Assembly (NCBI GenBank): GCA_964016885.1 | Contig: OZ024754.1 | Span: 36,394,001 to 36,458,000 of the forward strand | Reading direction: 5' to 3' | DNA length: 64,000 bases | From: Eledone cirrhosa | Lineage: Eukaryota | Part shown: piece after piece, positions 41,301 through 58,209 of the stretch | Layout of the letters: each line of letters starts with the position of its first letter | Numbering within the stretch: the first letter of the stretch is position 1 | Translations under genes and position numbers: made by a program | Notes under the pieces: model-generated | Told to the model about the DNA's origin: nothing | Databases searched by the model: none | What the model saw: the letters and a program-made list of their open reading frames with translations, nothing else

Positions 41301-43855
41301 CCCACATAACCCTATCAGTGAAGTCCTTTAGTATAAGTCAACTGGGAAATTATAACCCACATAACCCTATCAGTGAAGTCCTTTAGTATAAGTCAACTGG
41401 GAAATTATAACACACATAACCCAATCAGTGAAGTCCTTTAGTATAGGTCAACTGGGAAATTATAACAGACATAACCCTATCACTGAAGTCCTTTAGTATA
41501 GGTCAACTGGGAAATTATAACCCACATAACCCTATCATTGAAGTCCTTTAGTATAGGTCAACTGGGAAATTATAACAGACATAACCCTATCAGTGAAGTC
41601 CTTTAGTATAGGTCAACTGGGAAATTATAACACACATAACCCTATCAGTGAAATCCTTTAGTATAGGTCAACTGGGAAATTATAACACACATAACCCTAT
41701 CAGTGAAGTCCTTTAGTATAAGTCAACTGGGAAATTATAACACACATAACCCTATCAGTGAAGTCCTTTAGTATAGGTCAACTGGGAAATTATAACACAC
41801 ATAACCCTATCAATGAAGTCCTTTAGTATAGGTCAACTGGGAAATTATAACACACATAACCCTATCAGTGAAGTCCTTTAGTATAGGTGAACTGGGAAAT
41901 TATAACACATAACCCTATCAGTAAAGTCCTTTAGTATAGGTCAACTGGGAAATTATAACCCACATAACACTATCAGTGAAGCCCTTTAGTTTAAGTCAAC
42001 TGGGAAATTATAACACACATAACCCTATCAGTGAAGCCCTTTAGTATAGGTCAACTGGGAAATTATAAGACATAACCCTATCAGTGAAGTCCTTTAGTAT
42101 AAGTCAACTGGGAAATTATAACACACATAACCCTGTCAGTGAAGCCCTTTAGTATAGGTCAACTGGGAAATTATAAGACATAACCCTATCAGTGAAGTCC
42201 TTTAGTATAGGTCAACTGGGAAATTATAACCCACATAACCCTATCAGTGAAGTCCTTTAGTATAAGTCAACTGGGAAATTATAACAGACATAACCCTATC
42301 AGTGAAGTCCTTTAGTATAAGTCAACTGGGAAATTATAACAGACATAACCCTATCAGTGAAGTCCTTTAGTATAGGTCAACTGGGAAATTATAACACACA
42401 TAACCCTATCAGTGAAGTCCTTTCGTATAGGTGAACTGGGAAATTATAACACATAACCCTATCAGTAAAGTCCTTTAGTATAGGTCAACTGGGAAATTAT
42501 AACCCACATAACCCTATCATTGAAGTCCTTTAGTATAGGTCAACTGGGAAATTATAACCCACATAACCCTATCAGTGAAGTCCTTTAGTATAGGTCAACT
42601 GGGAAATTATAACCCACATAACACTATCAGTGAAGCCCTTTAGTTTAAGTCAACTGGGAAATTATAACACACATAACCCTATCAGTGAAGCCCTTTAGTA
42701 TAGGTCAACTGGGAAATTATAAGACATAACCCTATCAGTGAAGTCCTTTAGTATAAGTCAACTGGGAAATTATAACACACATAACCCTGTCAGTGAAGCC
42801 CTTTAGTATAGGTCAACTGGGAAATTATAAGACATAACCCTATCAGTGAAGTCCTTTAGTATAGGTCAACTGGGAAATTATAACCCACATAACCCTATCA
42901 GTGAAGTCCTTCAGTATAAGTCAACTGGGAAATTATAACAGACATAACCCTATCAGTGAAGTCCTTTAGTATAGGTCAACTGGGAAATTATAACACACAT
43001 AACCCTATCAGTGAAGTCCTTTAGTATAGGTCAACTGGGAAATTATAACACACATAACCCTATCAGTGAAGTCCTTTAGTATAGGTCAACTGGGAAATTA
43101 TAACCCACATAACCCTATCAGTGAAGTCCTTTAGTATAAGTCAACTGGGAAATTATAACAGACATAACCCTATCAGTGAAGTCCTTTAGTATAGGTCAAC
43201 TGGGAAATTATAACCCACATAACACTATCAGTGAAGCCCTTTAGTTTAAGTCAACTGGGAAATTATAACACACATAACCCTATCAGTGAAGCCCTTTAGT
43301 ATAGGTCAACTGGGAAATTATAAGACATAACCCTATCAGTGAAGTCCTTTAGTATAAGTCAACTGGGAAATTATAACACACATAACCCTGTCAGTGAAGC
43401 CCTTTAGTATAGGTCAACTGGGAAATTATAAGACATAACCCTATCAGTGAAGTCCTTTAGTATAGGTCAACTGGGAAATTATAACCCACATAACCCTATC
43501 AGTGAAGTCCTTTAGTATAAGTCAACTGGGAAATTATAACAGACATAACCCTATCAGTGAAGTCCTTTAGTATAAGTCAACTGGGAAATTATAACAGACA
43601 TAACCCTATCAGTGAAGTCCTTTAGTATAGGTCAACTGGGAAATTATAACACACATAACCCTATCAGTGAAGTCCTTTAGTATAGGTCAACTGGGAAATT
43701 GTAACACACATAACCCTATCAGTGAAGCCCTTTAGTATAAGTCAACTGGGAAATTATAACACACATAACCCTATCAGTGAAGCCCTTTAGTATAAGTCAA
43801 CTGGGAAATTATAACACACATAACCCTATCAGTGAAGCCCTTTAGTATAGGTCAA
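38327..43855. repeat. 55-bp satellite array, about 100 copies, with higher-order structure
   Basis: Unit GGGAAATTATAACACACATAACCCTATCAGTGAAGTCCTTTAGTATAGGTCAACT; diagnostic variants recur 2298 bp apart. Confidence 0.97.
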
Positions 43856-43939
43856 TTAACAGAAAATTGTTTTACGGTTACGAAAAAAATTCTAACTAAT
43901 CCTACAAGGAAAACATTAAAAACGGTCATCACGGGCCAC

Positions 43940-43996
43940 TGTGACTGGTCAGGCGGGCCAGATTGCGGCCCGCGGACCGCCTGTTGCACACCCCTG
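43940..43996 (-). mobile_element. hAT transposon terminus
   Basis: Minus strand CAGGGGTGTGCAACAGGCGGTCCGCGGGCCGCAATC, flanked by GTGTACAG (NTNTANAN Charlie-type target). Confidence 0.65.
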
Positions 43997-45254
43997 GTGT
44001 ACAGTGTTGTAGTAGATTTCACTGGCTGGCACTGGATGGTCTTTTCTGGCATCCCTGTGTGTCCCAGTGTCTGTTCAACATGCCACTCAGTGAACTGATG
44101 ACGCGCAGTATATGCTCATTCCGTCTAGAAAGTTCCACTCAGAAGGCATTGATCACGTTGATCCTTGACACTTTCTCAAGGTTGCATGGGGCAGAATTGA
44201 TCCAACGTCCACGTAGTTTCAAAGCTAACTCCTTCACCACACAGTCATGCCCACGCCTTTTATCCATACATTTTTGTGTGTGTGTTTTTTTTTTTTGTTT
44301 TTTGTTTTCTCCGTATCCATTATAAGAAAATATGTAGCTTCGTAGAAGAGAAGCAGAGACGGTGACCTGGTATTTGACCTTTAGGACGGGGTTATGAACT
44401 TCCTCAACTTCAATTGGTTTTCTTAAAGAAAGCTATTTTTCTAATTGAGTTACAACATTTTTTCCGTCGTATTTTCTTTGGCTTTTCAATGCTGTCTTTG
44501 ACGAATCTATTCATGTCCTGCCGTTGTTGTTATTGTTGTTTTTATGGGGGGTTTTATTGGTATAATTGTGTCTTATTTTGTCTAGTTTTCTGTTCAGTTA
44601 GGATTTTTTTCTTTTTATTACCGAGAAGAGACACAAATATGTATTTGTAAGCAACTATAATAATATATATAAATGCTCTACATTTCCACAACCATTGATA
44701 TCCATTCTCGAGGAAGTGGACCGGGAATAGGGAACAGGGGGAGGATATGGAAGGGGAGGAGAATGGAAGATTTTAATGGCTGAAAATAATGTATTTGTAT
44801 TTCAAGTAAGGCTTACTGACTTAACGCTGGTATTTCTGAGAGGAACACAAAAACTAAGACGTCACGTGTTTCAGACTGTCAGTACTCGTGTCTGTGTGTA
44901 TATGTGCATATAAAGATTGATGTAAGCAGGTGTATATGTATGTATACATATTCTAGTGTATGCATGGATGTATACACTAGAATACACATAACCCTATGTA
45001 TGTAGGTAGGTATTAGTGTATGTATGTGTGGATGTATGAATGTACGTATGTATGTGTGATTGTATGTATGTATGTTTATATATATGTATATTTATATGTA
45101 TGAATGTATGTATATTTATATATATGTATGATTATATATATGTATGTATGTTTATATGTATATTTATATATATATGTATATATATATGTTTGTATGTATA
45201 TATATATGTATGTTTATATGTATGTATTTGTATGTACCTATGTATGTACGTATG

Positions 45255-45323
<69 letters not shown>

Positions 45324-45324
<1 letters not shown>

Positions 45325-45735
45325 GGAGAGATGACCCCTTAGCCTTTGTCAAGGCAGAATTCTAGGAGAAGGAAAACTCTGATATAACACCTGCAGCCCT
45401 GATGGTATCCAATGATGTTGACTTGTTCTTCTTTTTGGTAAATATTATCTTGGTTAAGAGAGTGGGACTGGCTTTGTGCAGTGCCTTTGCTCACTATAAA
45501 AGCTTCACGGCACAGGCATTGCTTTATATCTGGAGATCTCTCTGCACTTGTCGTCACATGGTACCATGGGCCCAGCACTATGTGTCAGTAATTGTCACAA
45601 GTGTAGTGTTTGTACCAGAGTTTTCAAGTCACTGGCTGGACTAAAACGTCACACTCGTTCAGCGCATCGGTAAGGGTTCTCCTACATGGATATAAAGTAG
45701 TGGCAGTACTCGAAAACGAGTTGGCAGCCACCATA
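45324..45735 (+). mobile_element. Diverged non-autonomous RTE derivative (5'UTR-like body plus RTE 3' stem-loop and TATG tail)
   Basis: CTAGGAGAAGG..AACTC.GATATA..ACCTGC, GATGTTGA, GAGAGTGGGA and CACAGGCATTG blocks are colinear with 51390-51607; the end TGGCAGTACTCGAAAACGAGTTGGCAGCCA resembles 55529-55558. Confidence 0.75.
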
Positions 45736-46889
45736 TGTATGTATGTATGTATGTATGTATACATGTATATATATATATGTGTAGGTATTCATAGATATGT
45801 GTGTCCATATATGGTATTGTGTGTGTGTAAATGCTGTGTACTGTATTTATGTCCACGTGTGAATCACGTGGTAATGTAATTTCTGGATATACGCACGCGG
45901 TTTCATGTTCGTGTCTTTTTTAACACGTGCATGCATTAATGTGTGTGTGTGTGTGTGTGGTTGCACGCGTATGTGCATCTGCGTGTGTTTCTGTGTGTAT
46001 GCGTGTCTGTGTATGTGCGTGTATATGTGTGTATGTGTGTGTATGTGCCTGTGTATGTGTATGTATCTATGTGTGTGTATGTGGGTATGTGTCTGTATGT
46101 ATGTCTATGTATGTCTATGTGTTTGCGTTTGTATATGTGTGTATATGCCTGTGTGGGTATGTGTATGTGTGTATGTGTCTGTGTGTTTGTCTGTGTGTGT
46201 GTATATGTATGTGTTTGTGTCTGTATATGTGTGTGTATGTCTCTATGTATGTGTATGTCTTTGTGTGTGTATGTCTTTGTGTATGTATGCCTGTATGTGT
46301 GTGTATATCTGTATATGTGTGTTTGTGTGTATATAAGAATATATCTATGATTTTGAGCAGCCCTGAAGGGTGTACAATAAATTCCTGCAAGAAACGCGTA
46401 AGTGATCAGATTTTATATTCAGATGTAGTGACATAGTTCATGACTCTGGTATAGAAAGAATCTAATAATTAACAAATATTTGGCAAAGCAGGTTTATTTA
46501 TAAACAGGGAGCCAAATTCGAATTTTGTTAGAAATAGTGCTTTCGCCGTATTTTTGACTAAAGTAATTTCAGCCCGTTAGTGGTGTTTAAAAACTCTCTG
46601 AAAATGGAAAAAGATGTGTCCTTCAGCAAGATATTTTATTTCACTTTGCTCCAGACCACTCAGTGAGCAGAAATGACAGGGCTGGCCCTTTGAATTAAAG
46701 GTAGAATACATTTTATCAGTGCACCGCTAGGAGTTGACGAGAAACGTGAAGTAAAGTGTCTTGCTCAGCCGTTAAGATCCTGAATCTTTTCATATTACCC
46801 ACTCTATTACCCCAAGTATCGAGTACTCTGGTGAGTAATGGTTTAAACAGGTTTTTACTGCATTCATTTTGATATACAATGTATAAACA

Positions 46890-46954
<65 letters not shown>

Positions 46955-46968
46955 TAGATATGTATATA

Positions 46969-47176
46969 TAGGAGAATATTTAACCCGACGGCAGAGCTCA
47001 AGCCGTTTCGACGGCTATTTCTGGTGCGTTATGGTCCACCCAAAAATAGCCGTCGAAACGGCTTGAGCTCTGCCGTCGGGGTTAAATATTCTCCTATTAC
47101 CCACTCTACTACTCTAAGTATTGAGTACTCTGGTGCGTTATGGTCCACCTGGTTCCTTACTACACTTCCTTCGTTA
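46969..47176 (+). mobile_element. TA-embedded fold-back half-hammerhead element (copy C)
   Basis: Same architecture as copy A; a fragment of the same tail lies at 46763-46870. Confidence 0.75.
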
Positions 47177-47191
47177 TATATATATATATAT

Positions 47192-47401
47192 CAGAGATGC
47201 TATGGTAAGATACCAGGTGGACCATAACGTACCAGAGTACTCGATACTTAGGGTAGTAGAGTGGGTAATATGAAAAGATTCAGGACCCCGACGGCTGAGC
47301 TCCGGCCGTTTCGACAGCTAGATCCGAAGATCCAAACTCAGTTCAGATCTAGCTGTCGAAATGGCCGGAGCTCAGCCGTCGGGGTCCTGAATCTTTTCAT
47401 A
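47192..47401 (-). mobile_element. TA-embedded fold-back half-hammerhead element (copy D, different subfamily)
   Basis: Tail to tail with copy C; central hairpin GACAGCTAGATC...GATCTAGCTGTC. Confidence 0.75.
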
Positions 47402-47549
47402 TATATACATATATATATATAATTGTTTCTACTTTTGGCACAAGAACGTGTAAAGTCAATTGTCGTCTGCTTGTTGATTCTGGTGTGTGGACATTCTACA
47501 AACATAACCAACATTCAACAATATATAAACACTATTGCGTGTTTTACTA

Positions 47550-47743
47550 ATAATTGTTTCTACTTTAGGCACAAGGCCAGCAATTATCCCAGTGTATATT
47601 ACTGGTACTTTATTTTATCGACCCAGTAAGGATGAAAGGCAAAGTTAACCTCGGCGGGATTTGAACTCAGATCATAAAGGGAGGTAACTCTATGTTTCAG
47701 AGCATGGCGTCCGACCCTCTACCGATACTGCCAATCCACCGCC
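47550..47743 (-). mobile_element. Full-length Nin/Deu SINE
   Basis: Ends in ACTGCCAATCCACCGCC (tRNA head). Confidence 0.85.
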
Positions 47744-47920
47744 CTTGTATTATATATAAAACAAGGACGAGTGGTTACTCCTTCATTATGTTTATTGGTT
47801 GCTGACGCGCGTTTCGCTACTGATCAGCTCAAGGTTCGATCTGTATCGATCTAGCCCGACACTGTAATACATCGAGTGCTCACCCGGATGAACCTACAGT
47901 AACTCCGCGTTACACTCCCT

Positions 47921-47983
<63 letters not shown>

Positions 47984-48478
47984 GCGCGTGAGTGTGTGTG
48001 TGTATGTATTTATGTGTGTGTGTATATATATATGTGTGTGTGTGTGTGTCTGTGTGTGTGTGTGTGTATTTATGTGTGTTTGTGTGTTTGTATATGAAAT
48101 GAACAGAAATCATAATTCCAAATCCCACACATATATAGGTTTAACTAGTCCCGTTCTGCCGTGATTTGATCTCATGACATTACGATAACCAATAAGTCAC
48201 GTACCGTCACAACGACTGAAGCATTCTCGTAGAAAATAACAACTTCTCAAAAACATCTTCTCGTATTACAATGGAAACCACTCTCCATTTTGTCTCAGAT
48301 TAGCAGCCGGCAGACGATTGAAATATTTATAAGACCCTACTGTTTTGATATCCAAATATTCCACATTGAAACCCTCAATCCTATCTTTGTTAATGTTAAC
48401 ATTCAGATGTATAGTAAGATTATTCTTCACATAACCAGTCAACCATCTCTCTACGACGGAGGGAATCCTTCCTAGCGG

Positions 48479-48570
48479 AATATTAGGTCGTCAAGTATGA
48501 AATTTGTAGATATTTGTTTTGTTTTTCTACAAATTACTACAAGTTTCATACTTGGCGACCCAGTATATTT
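48479..48570. mobile_element. Short hairpin, possible Tc1/mariner MITE
   Basis: TATTAGGTCGTCAAGTATGAAATTTGTAG versus CTACAAGTTTCATACTTGGCGACCCAGTA, imperfect inverted repeats. Confidence 0.45.
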
Positions 48571-49274
48571 TCTTGGGAGATTTCACAATAGCAATTACCC
48601 AATAGATGTTATTTAATATGGAGTTCTCTCTTAACCCTAATGACATATCTCTTTTTATTTGCCTCTTCTCTTACTCTCAATGTTGCCTAATCCCTAATCC
48701 ACTGTCCACTCGTATTTTATACAACATCACCCTTAAGTACTGACTGAGTGGTCTTTGTAAAGCTTATGGCGGCGGCGACTGTGGTGGTGGTGGTGGTGGT
48801 GGTGGTGGTGGTGGTGGTGGTGGTGATGGTGGTGGCGGTGGTGGTGGTGGTGGTGGTAGTGGTAGTGGTAGTAGTGGTAGTGGTGGTGATGGTGGAGGTG
48901 GTGGTAATGGTAGTGGTAGTGGTGGCGGCGGTGGTGGTGGTGGTGGTGGTGGTGGTGGTGGTGGTGGTAGTAATGGTAGTGGTGGTGGTGGTGGTGGTAA
49001 TAGTAGTGGTGGTGGTAATGGTAGTGGCGGTGGCGGTGGTAGTGTTGGTAGTGGTAGTGTTGGTGGCGGTGTTGGTGGTGGTGGTAGTGGCGGTGGTGGT
49101 GGTTGCGGTGGTAGTGGTGGCAGTGGGGCGGTGGAGGTGATGTGGGGGTGGGGTGGTTATGGTGGTGGCGATAGTAATGACAATGTTAGTAACATCAGGT
49201 ATTTGGAAATATATCAATTTATATAATCTATATGTATTATGTGAGCCTATTTCTGTACATATGTATACTTATGG

Positions 49275-49312
<38 letters not shown>

Positions 49313-49469
49313 ATATATATATATATTAGGTATAGGATTATCCAAGATGCAGTAATGATTAATTACTGCACTGGATAGAGTTGACGTACGGTGAGAGGTT
49401 ACTCTACGAGTTATGGAAGAATTGTTGAAGAAACTTAGTTCCTGATCCTTCTGTATTCCGGAGTGTAGA

Positions 49470-49810
49470 TAAAGAATGAATAATAACAGGTAGACATCAT
49501 AAACAGGCAATCTATTCTGTGTGCTTACAAATGTTTCCACGGTGGTTATACAGCCTAGTTATGTTATGTGCAAATTTATAACTATTTGCAAAACAAAATT
49601 ATCAAATGCTGTGTCCACTTTATCATCAGAGCAGAATGGTTAAAGTGCTCTGATGATAAAGTGGTCACAGCATTTGATAATTGAGTTTTGCAAATAGTTA
49701 TAAATTTGCACATAGCATAACTAGGCTGTATAACCACCGTGGAAACATTTGTAAGCACACAGAATAGATTACCTTTTTATAATGTCTACCTGTTATTACT
49801 CATTCTTTAT
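49470..49810. mobile_element. About 340-bp imperfect palindrome with a long-stem-II hammerhead in each arm
   Basis: Arms 49470-49633 and 49646-49810, 12-nt spacer, several substitutions between arms. Confidence 0.75.
49645..49758 (+). ncRNA. Type I hammerhead motif with an about 85-nt stem II domain (mirror copy 49521-49633, minus)
   Basis: GTGCT-CTGATGA-[GTGGT..ACAGC...TGCAAAT..ATTTGCA...GCTGT..ACCAC]-GAAA-CATTTG-TA-AGCAC; perfect stem I. Confidence 0.65.
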
Positions 49811-49812
49811 AT

Positions 49813-50003
49813 GGCGGTGGATTGGCAGTATCGGTAGATGGTCGGACGCCATGCTTTGACGCATAGAGTTACGGCCCTTTCCATTTTGAGTTCAAATCCC
49901 GCCGAGGTCAACTTTGCCTTTCATCCTTACGGGGTCGATAACATAAAGTACCAGTAATGTACTGTTATAATTGCTGGCCTTGTGCCAAAAGTAGAAACAA
50001 TTA
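49813..50003 (+). mobile_element. Full-length Nin/Deu SINE with TSD
   Basis: GGCGGTGGATTGGCAGTATCGG head, GAGTTCAAATCCC B-box; TCATTCTTTATAT duplicated on both sides. Confidence 0.9.
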
Positions 50004-50081
50004 TTCATTCTTTATATATATATATATATAAAATAAAATAAAATAAATAAGTCAAATGTTTAAAATTTGGCTTCGTTTATT

Positions 50082-50136
50082 ACTGCTATATATATTTCGG
50101 TGACAGCCATCTTTGGCTGTGACCTCTTCAGGCAGT
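50082..50136 (-). ncRNA. Canonical type I hammerhead ribozyme motif
   Basis: Minus strand: ACTGC-CTGAAGA-GGTCACAGCC(aaagat)GGCTGTCACC-GAAA-TATATA-TA-GCAGT-AATAAA; intact core, stem II 9/10 paired. Confidence 0.85.
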
Positions 50137-50305
50137 CCGAATTAGTGTGGTAGAGACGAGTACACATGTTGTTGAGGTGTATAACTTTGTCAATACTCTG
50201 ATATGCCCAGTTCCTGGTTGGGTTACTCGTCTCTACCACACTAATTCGAGTACACACATGTGTACTCGTCTCTACCACACTAGTTCGTATATATATATAT
50301 GTATG

Positions 50306-50357
<52 letters not shown>

Positions 50358-50362
50358 TGTAT

Positions 50363-50395
<33 letters not shown>

Positions 50396-50408
50396 CATAC
50401 ATACATAC

Positions 50409-50458
<50 letters not shown>

Positions 50459-50483
50459 ATATATATATATGTATGTATGTATA

Positions 50484-50519
<36 letters not shown>

Positions 50520-51157
50520 TGTATGTATATATATATATGTGTGTGTATGTATATGTGTGTATATACATCACTCAGTCAAACAACCAGATTTCAACCCCAA
50601 CATCTACAACAACAACAACACCGGCCCTAATGTTTACAGCAACAACAGCTTCAGAATGAACTGAAATGAACATTTACAACAATTACAACAACAACAACAA
50701 CAGCGGCATCAAAACATAAAAAAAGGAAGGGAAAAGAAAAAAGAAAAGGGAAGGGGAAAAAAAAAAAAAAAAAAAAAAGGAGAAAAAAAAGAAAGGAAAA
50801 AAAAAAAAAAAAAAAAACTCAAAATAACAAAACACACACACACACACACACACACAACAGAACAACAACATCAACTGCCACCACCACCACCACTGCCACC
50901 GCCGTCGCCATCACCATCACCAGCGACCTGGCCTTAAGAACAACTTTAATAATAATTTTTCTGCTTTTGGCACGGATCCAGCGACTGGCCAGCGCATCAC
51001 TGGTACTCTCTTTTGTTGACTCCGTGGAGAGCCATAACTCTATGCTGTAAAGCAATTATAGTAATACTGGACTGTAATACGATCGGCTTCAACTATACAA
51101 ACTCTTGAAAGTCAACAGTTGACATAATCTGGTAATCTTGTATCAGTAATGACGGTA

Positions 51158-51188
<31 letters not shown>

Positions 51189-51301
51189 CGTGTAAGTGAG
51201 TAGAGTAGCGTGTGTGTGTGTTTGTTGTGTGTGTGAGTGTTGCTGTGTGCACGCATATGTATGCGTGTGTGTGTATGTCGTACGTATAAGTGTCAATAAG
51301 T

Positions 51302-55800
<4,499 letters not shown>

Positions 55801-55964
55801 AGGCCTATGAGATTGAGGTTCAGCCGATACTTTGTTCTGGGACCCAAGAGCTAAGAAGGCCCCACAGCAACCATACAACATCCATTTTGAGAAAAATCTT
55901 TGCCTGCTTCGGACCCCAAAGGGGTCTTGTACCGCCTTGCAGTATTTCTCTTGGAGGCCTCTAT

Positions 55965-56740
55965 GTATGTGTGTGTGTGAGTGTGTGTGTCATGTGTGTG
56001 TGTGTGGCGTGAGTGTGCGTGCACTGTTGTGTGTGTGGTGTGTGTGTTCACTGTTGTGTGTGTGTGTGGCGTGAGTGTGCGTGCACTGTTGTGTGTGCGG
56101 TGTGTGTGTTCACTGTTGTGTGTGTGGTATGTGTGTGTGGCGTGAATGTGTGTTCACTGTTGTGTGTGGCGTGAGTGTGTGTTCACTGTTGTGTGTGGCG
56201 TGAGTGTGTGTTCACTGTTGTGTGTGTGTGTGGCGTGAGTGTGCGTGCACTGTTGTGTGTGTGGTGTGTGTGTTCACTGTTGTGTATGTGGTTGTGTGTG
56301 TGGCGTGAGTATGTGTTCACTGTTGTGTGTGTGTGTGGCGTGAGTGTGCGTGCACTGTTGTGTGTGTGGTGTATGTGTTCACTGTTATGTGTGTGGTATG
56401 TGTGTGGCGTGAGTGTGTGTTCACTGTTGTGTGTGGCGTGAGTGTGTGTTCACTGTTGTGTGTGTGTGTGACGTGAGTGTGCGTTCACTGTTGTGTGTGC
56501 GGTGTGTGTGTTCACTGTTATGTGTGTGGTATGTATGTGTGGCGTGAGTGTGTGTTCACTGTTGTATGTGTAGTGTGTGTGGTGTGAATGTGTGTTCACT
56601 GTTGTGTGTGGTGTGTGTGTGTGAGTGTGTGTTCACTCTTTTGTGTGTGTGTGTGTGAGTGTGTGTTCACTGTTGTGTGTGGTGTGTGGTGTGTGTGTGT
56701 GTGAGTGTGTGTGTTCACTGTTGTGTGTGTGTGAGTGTGT
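55965..56740. repeat. GT-rich minisatellite (GTTCACTGTTGTGTG / GGCGTGAGTG)
   Basis: Direct observation. Confidence 0.9.
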
Positions 56741-56804
56741 AACGGGGTAGTAATGGAATGCTCTTTCTAACAATATTTTAATATAATAATGTGTATATAT
56801 AAAT

Positions 56805-56836
<32 letters not shown>

Positions 56837-57434
56837 TAGCTCTAGACTTAGCTATTGACCAGTTAATTTTATTGTTCATTTTTTGTCGATTCTATTAAAT
56901 GATGAATAGCCCCTGTTTATTTTAACATGTCTATTGAGCACTCTTATTCGATATGTGTTTTTTGCCACACTTTTCCGAATATTTTTGCGGATATAAAGGT
57001 TATCTCCCTTGCTGAAATCCATGTGCGTATTTTTAGCCTGGGTCTTGCCTTTCTATCCATTCGGACGAAGCTCGTTGATAAAGTAACTCCAGTCCCCCGA
57101 CATCTGTAAGTCTTATATTTTTATATGAGCTGATAGATGACGGTTTAAGGATTTACAGAAACCCAAGAAGCTAGATATTCCATCTCTCTAGTGGGTCCGG
57201 GTATGCATTTTACATTCATTTCATTTATTGATTTATTGATAATTTATCTGAGTGTCCCGAATCTTCCATATCGAACTTATCGGTTATTTGGTTGATTGTA
57301 GACATATTCTACGTGTGACGGTATCTAACGATAGTTATAGCTCTAATTTATTTGAATTATAGAGCCCTCTGCCGCTCATCTCGAATTTTGTTTATCGTGA
57401 ACTCGTGCGCCGATTTTTCGATACTCGATTTTTC

Positions 57435-57501
<67 letters not shown>

Positions 57502-57579
57502 TGTATAGTATTATATATATATATGCATGTTATGTTATGTTTGCTCATTTGCGTCCATGTTGGGATATCTTTGTGTTGG

Positions 57580-58166
57580 AATATGAGTGCACCTCTGCAT
57601 GTGTGCATCTGTGTGGATGTGGGGATATGTGTGCACGCCTGCGTGTGTGTGTGTATGTATGTGTGGAGATAAGAGTGCACGTCTGCATGTGTGCATCTGT
57701 GTGGGTGTGGGGATATGTGTGCACGCCTGCGTGTGTGTGTATGTATGTGTGGAGATAAGAGTGCACGTCTGCATGTGTGCATCTGTGTGGGTGTGGTGAT
57801 ATGTGTGCACGCCTGCGTGTGTGTGTATGTATGTGTGGAGATAAGAGTGCACGTCTGCATGTGTGCATCTGTGTGGGTGTGGGGATATGTGTGCACGCCT
57901 GTGTGTGTGTGTATGTATGTGTGGAGATATGAGTGCACGTCTGCATATGTGCATCTCTGTGTGTTAGTATGTATGTGTGGAGATATGAGTGCACGTCTGC
58001 ATATGTGCATCTTTGTGTGTTAGTATGTATGTGTGGAGATATGTGTGCACGTCTGCATGTGTGCATGTGTGCATCTCTGTGTGTTAGTATGTATGTGTTG
58101 AGATATTCGTGCACGAATTTTGTTTATCGTGAACTCGTGCGCCGATTTTTCGATACTCGATTTTTC

Positions 58167-58209
<43 letters not shown>

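Noticed and set aside
38327-43855. CRISPR-like array, or tet operator array (the unit contains CCCTATCAGTGA, part of tetO2)
   Set aside because: No unique spacers and no cas genes; the tetO match is only 12 nt and lacks the second half-site, so it is treated as coincidence.
49813-49905. tRNA gene
   Set aside because: The A/B boxes belong to a SINE head followed by the Deu core and tail; no cloverleaf.
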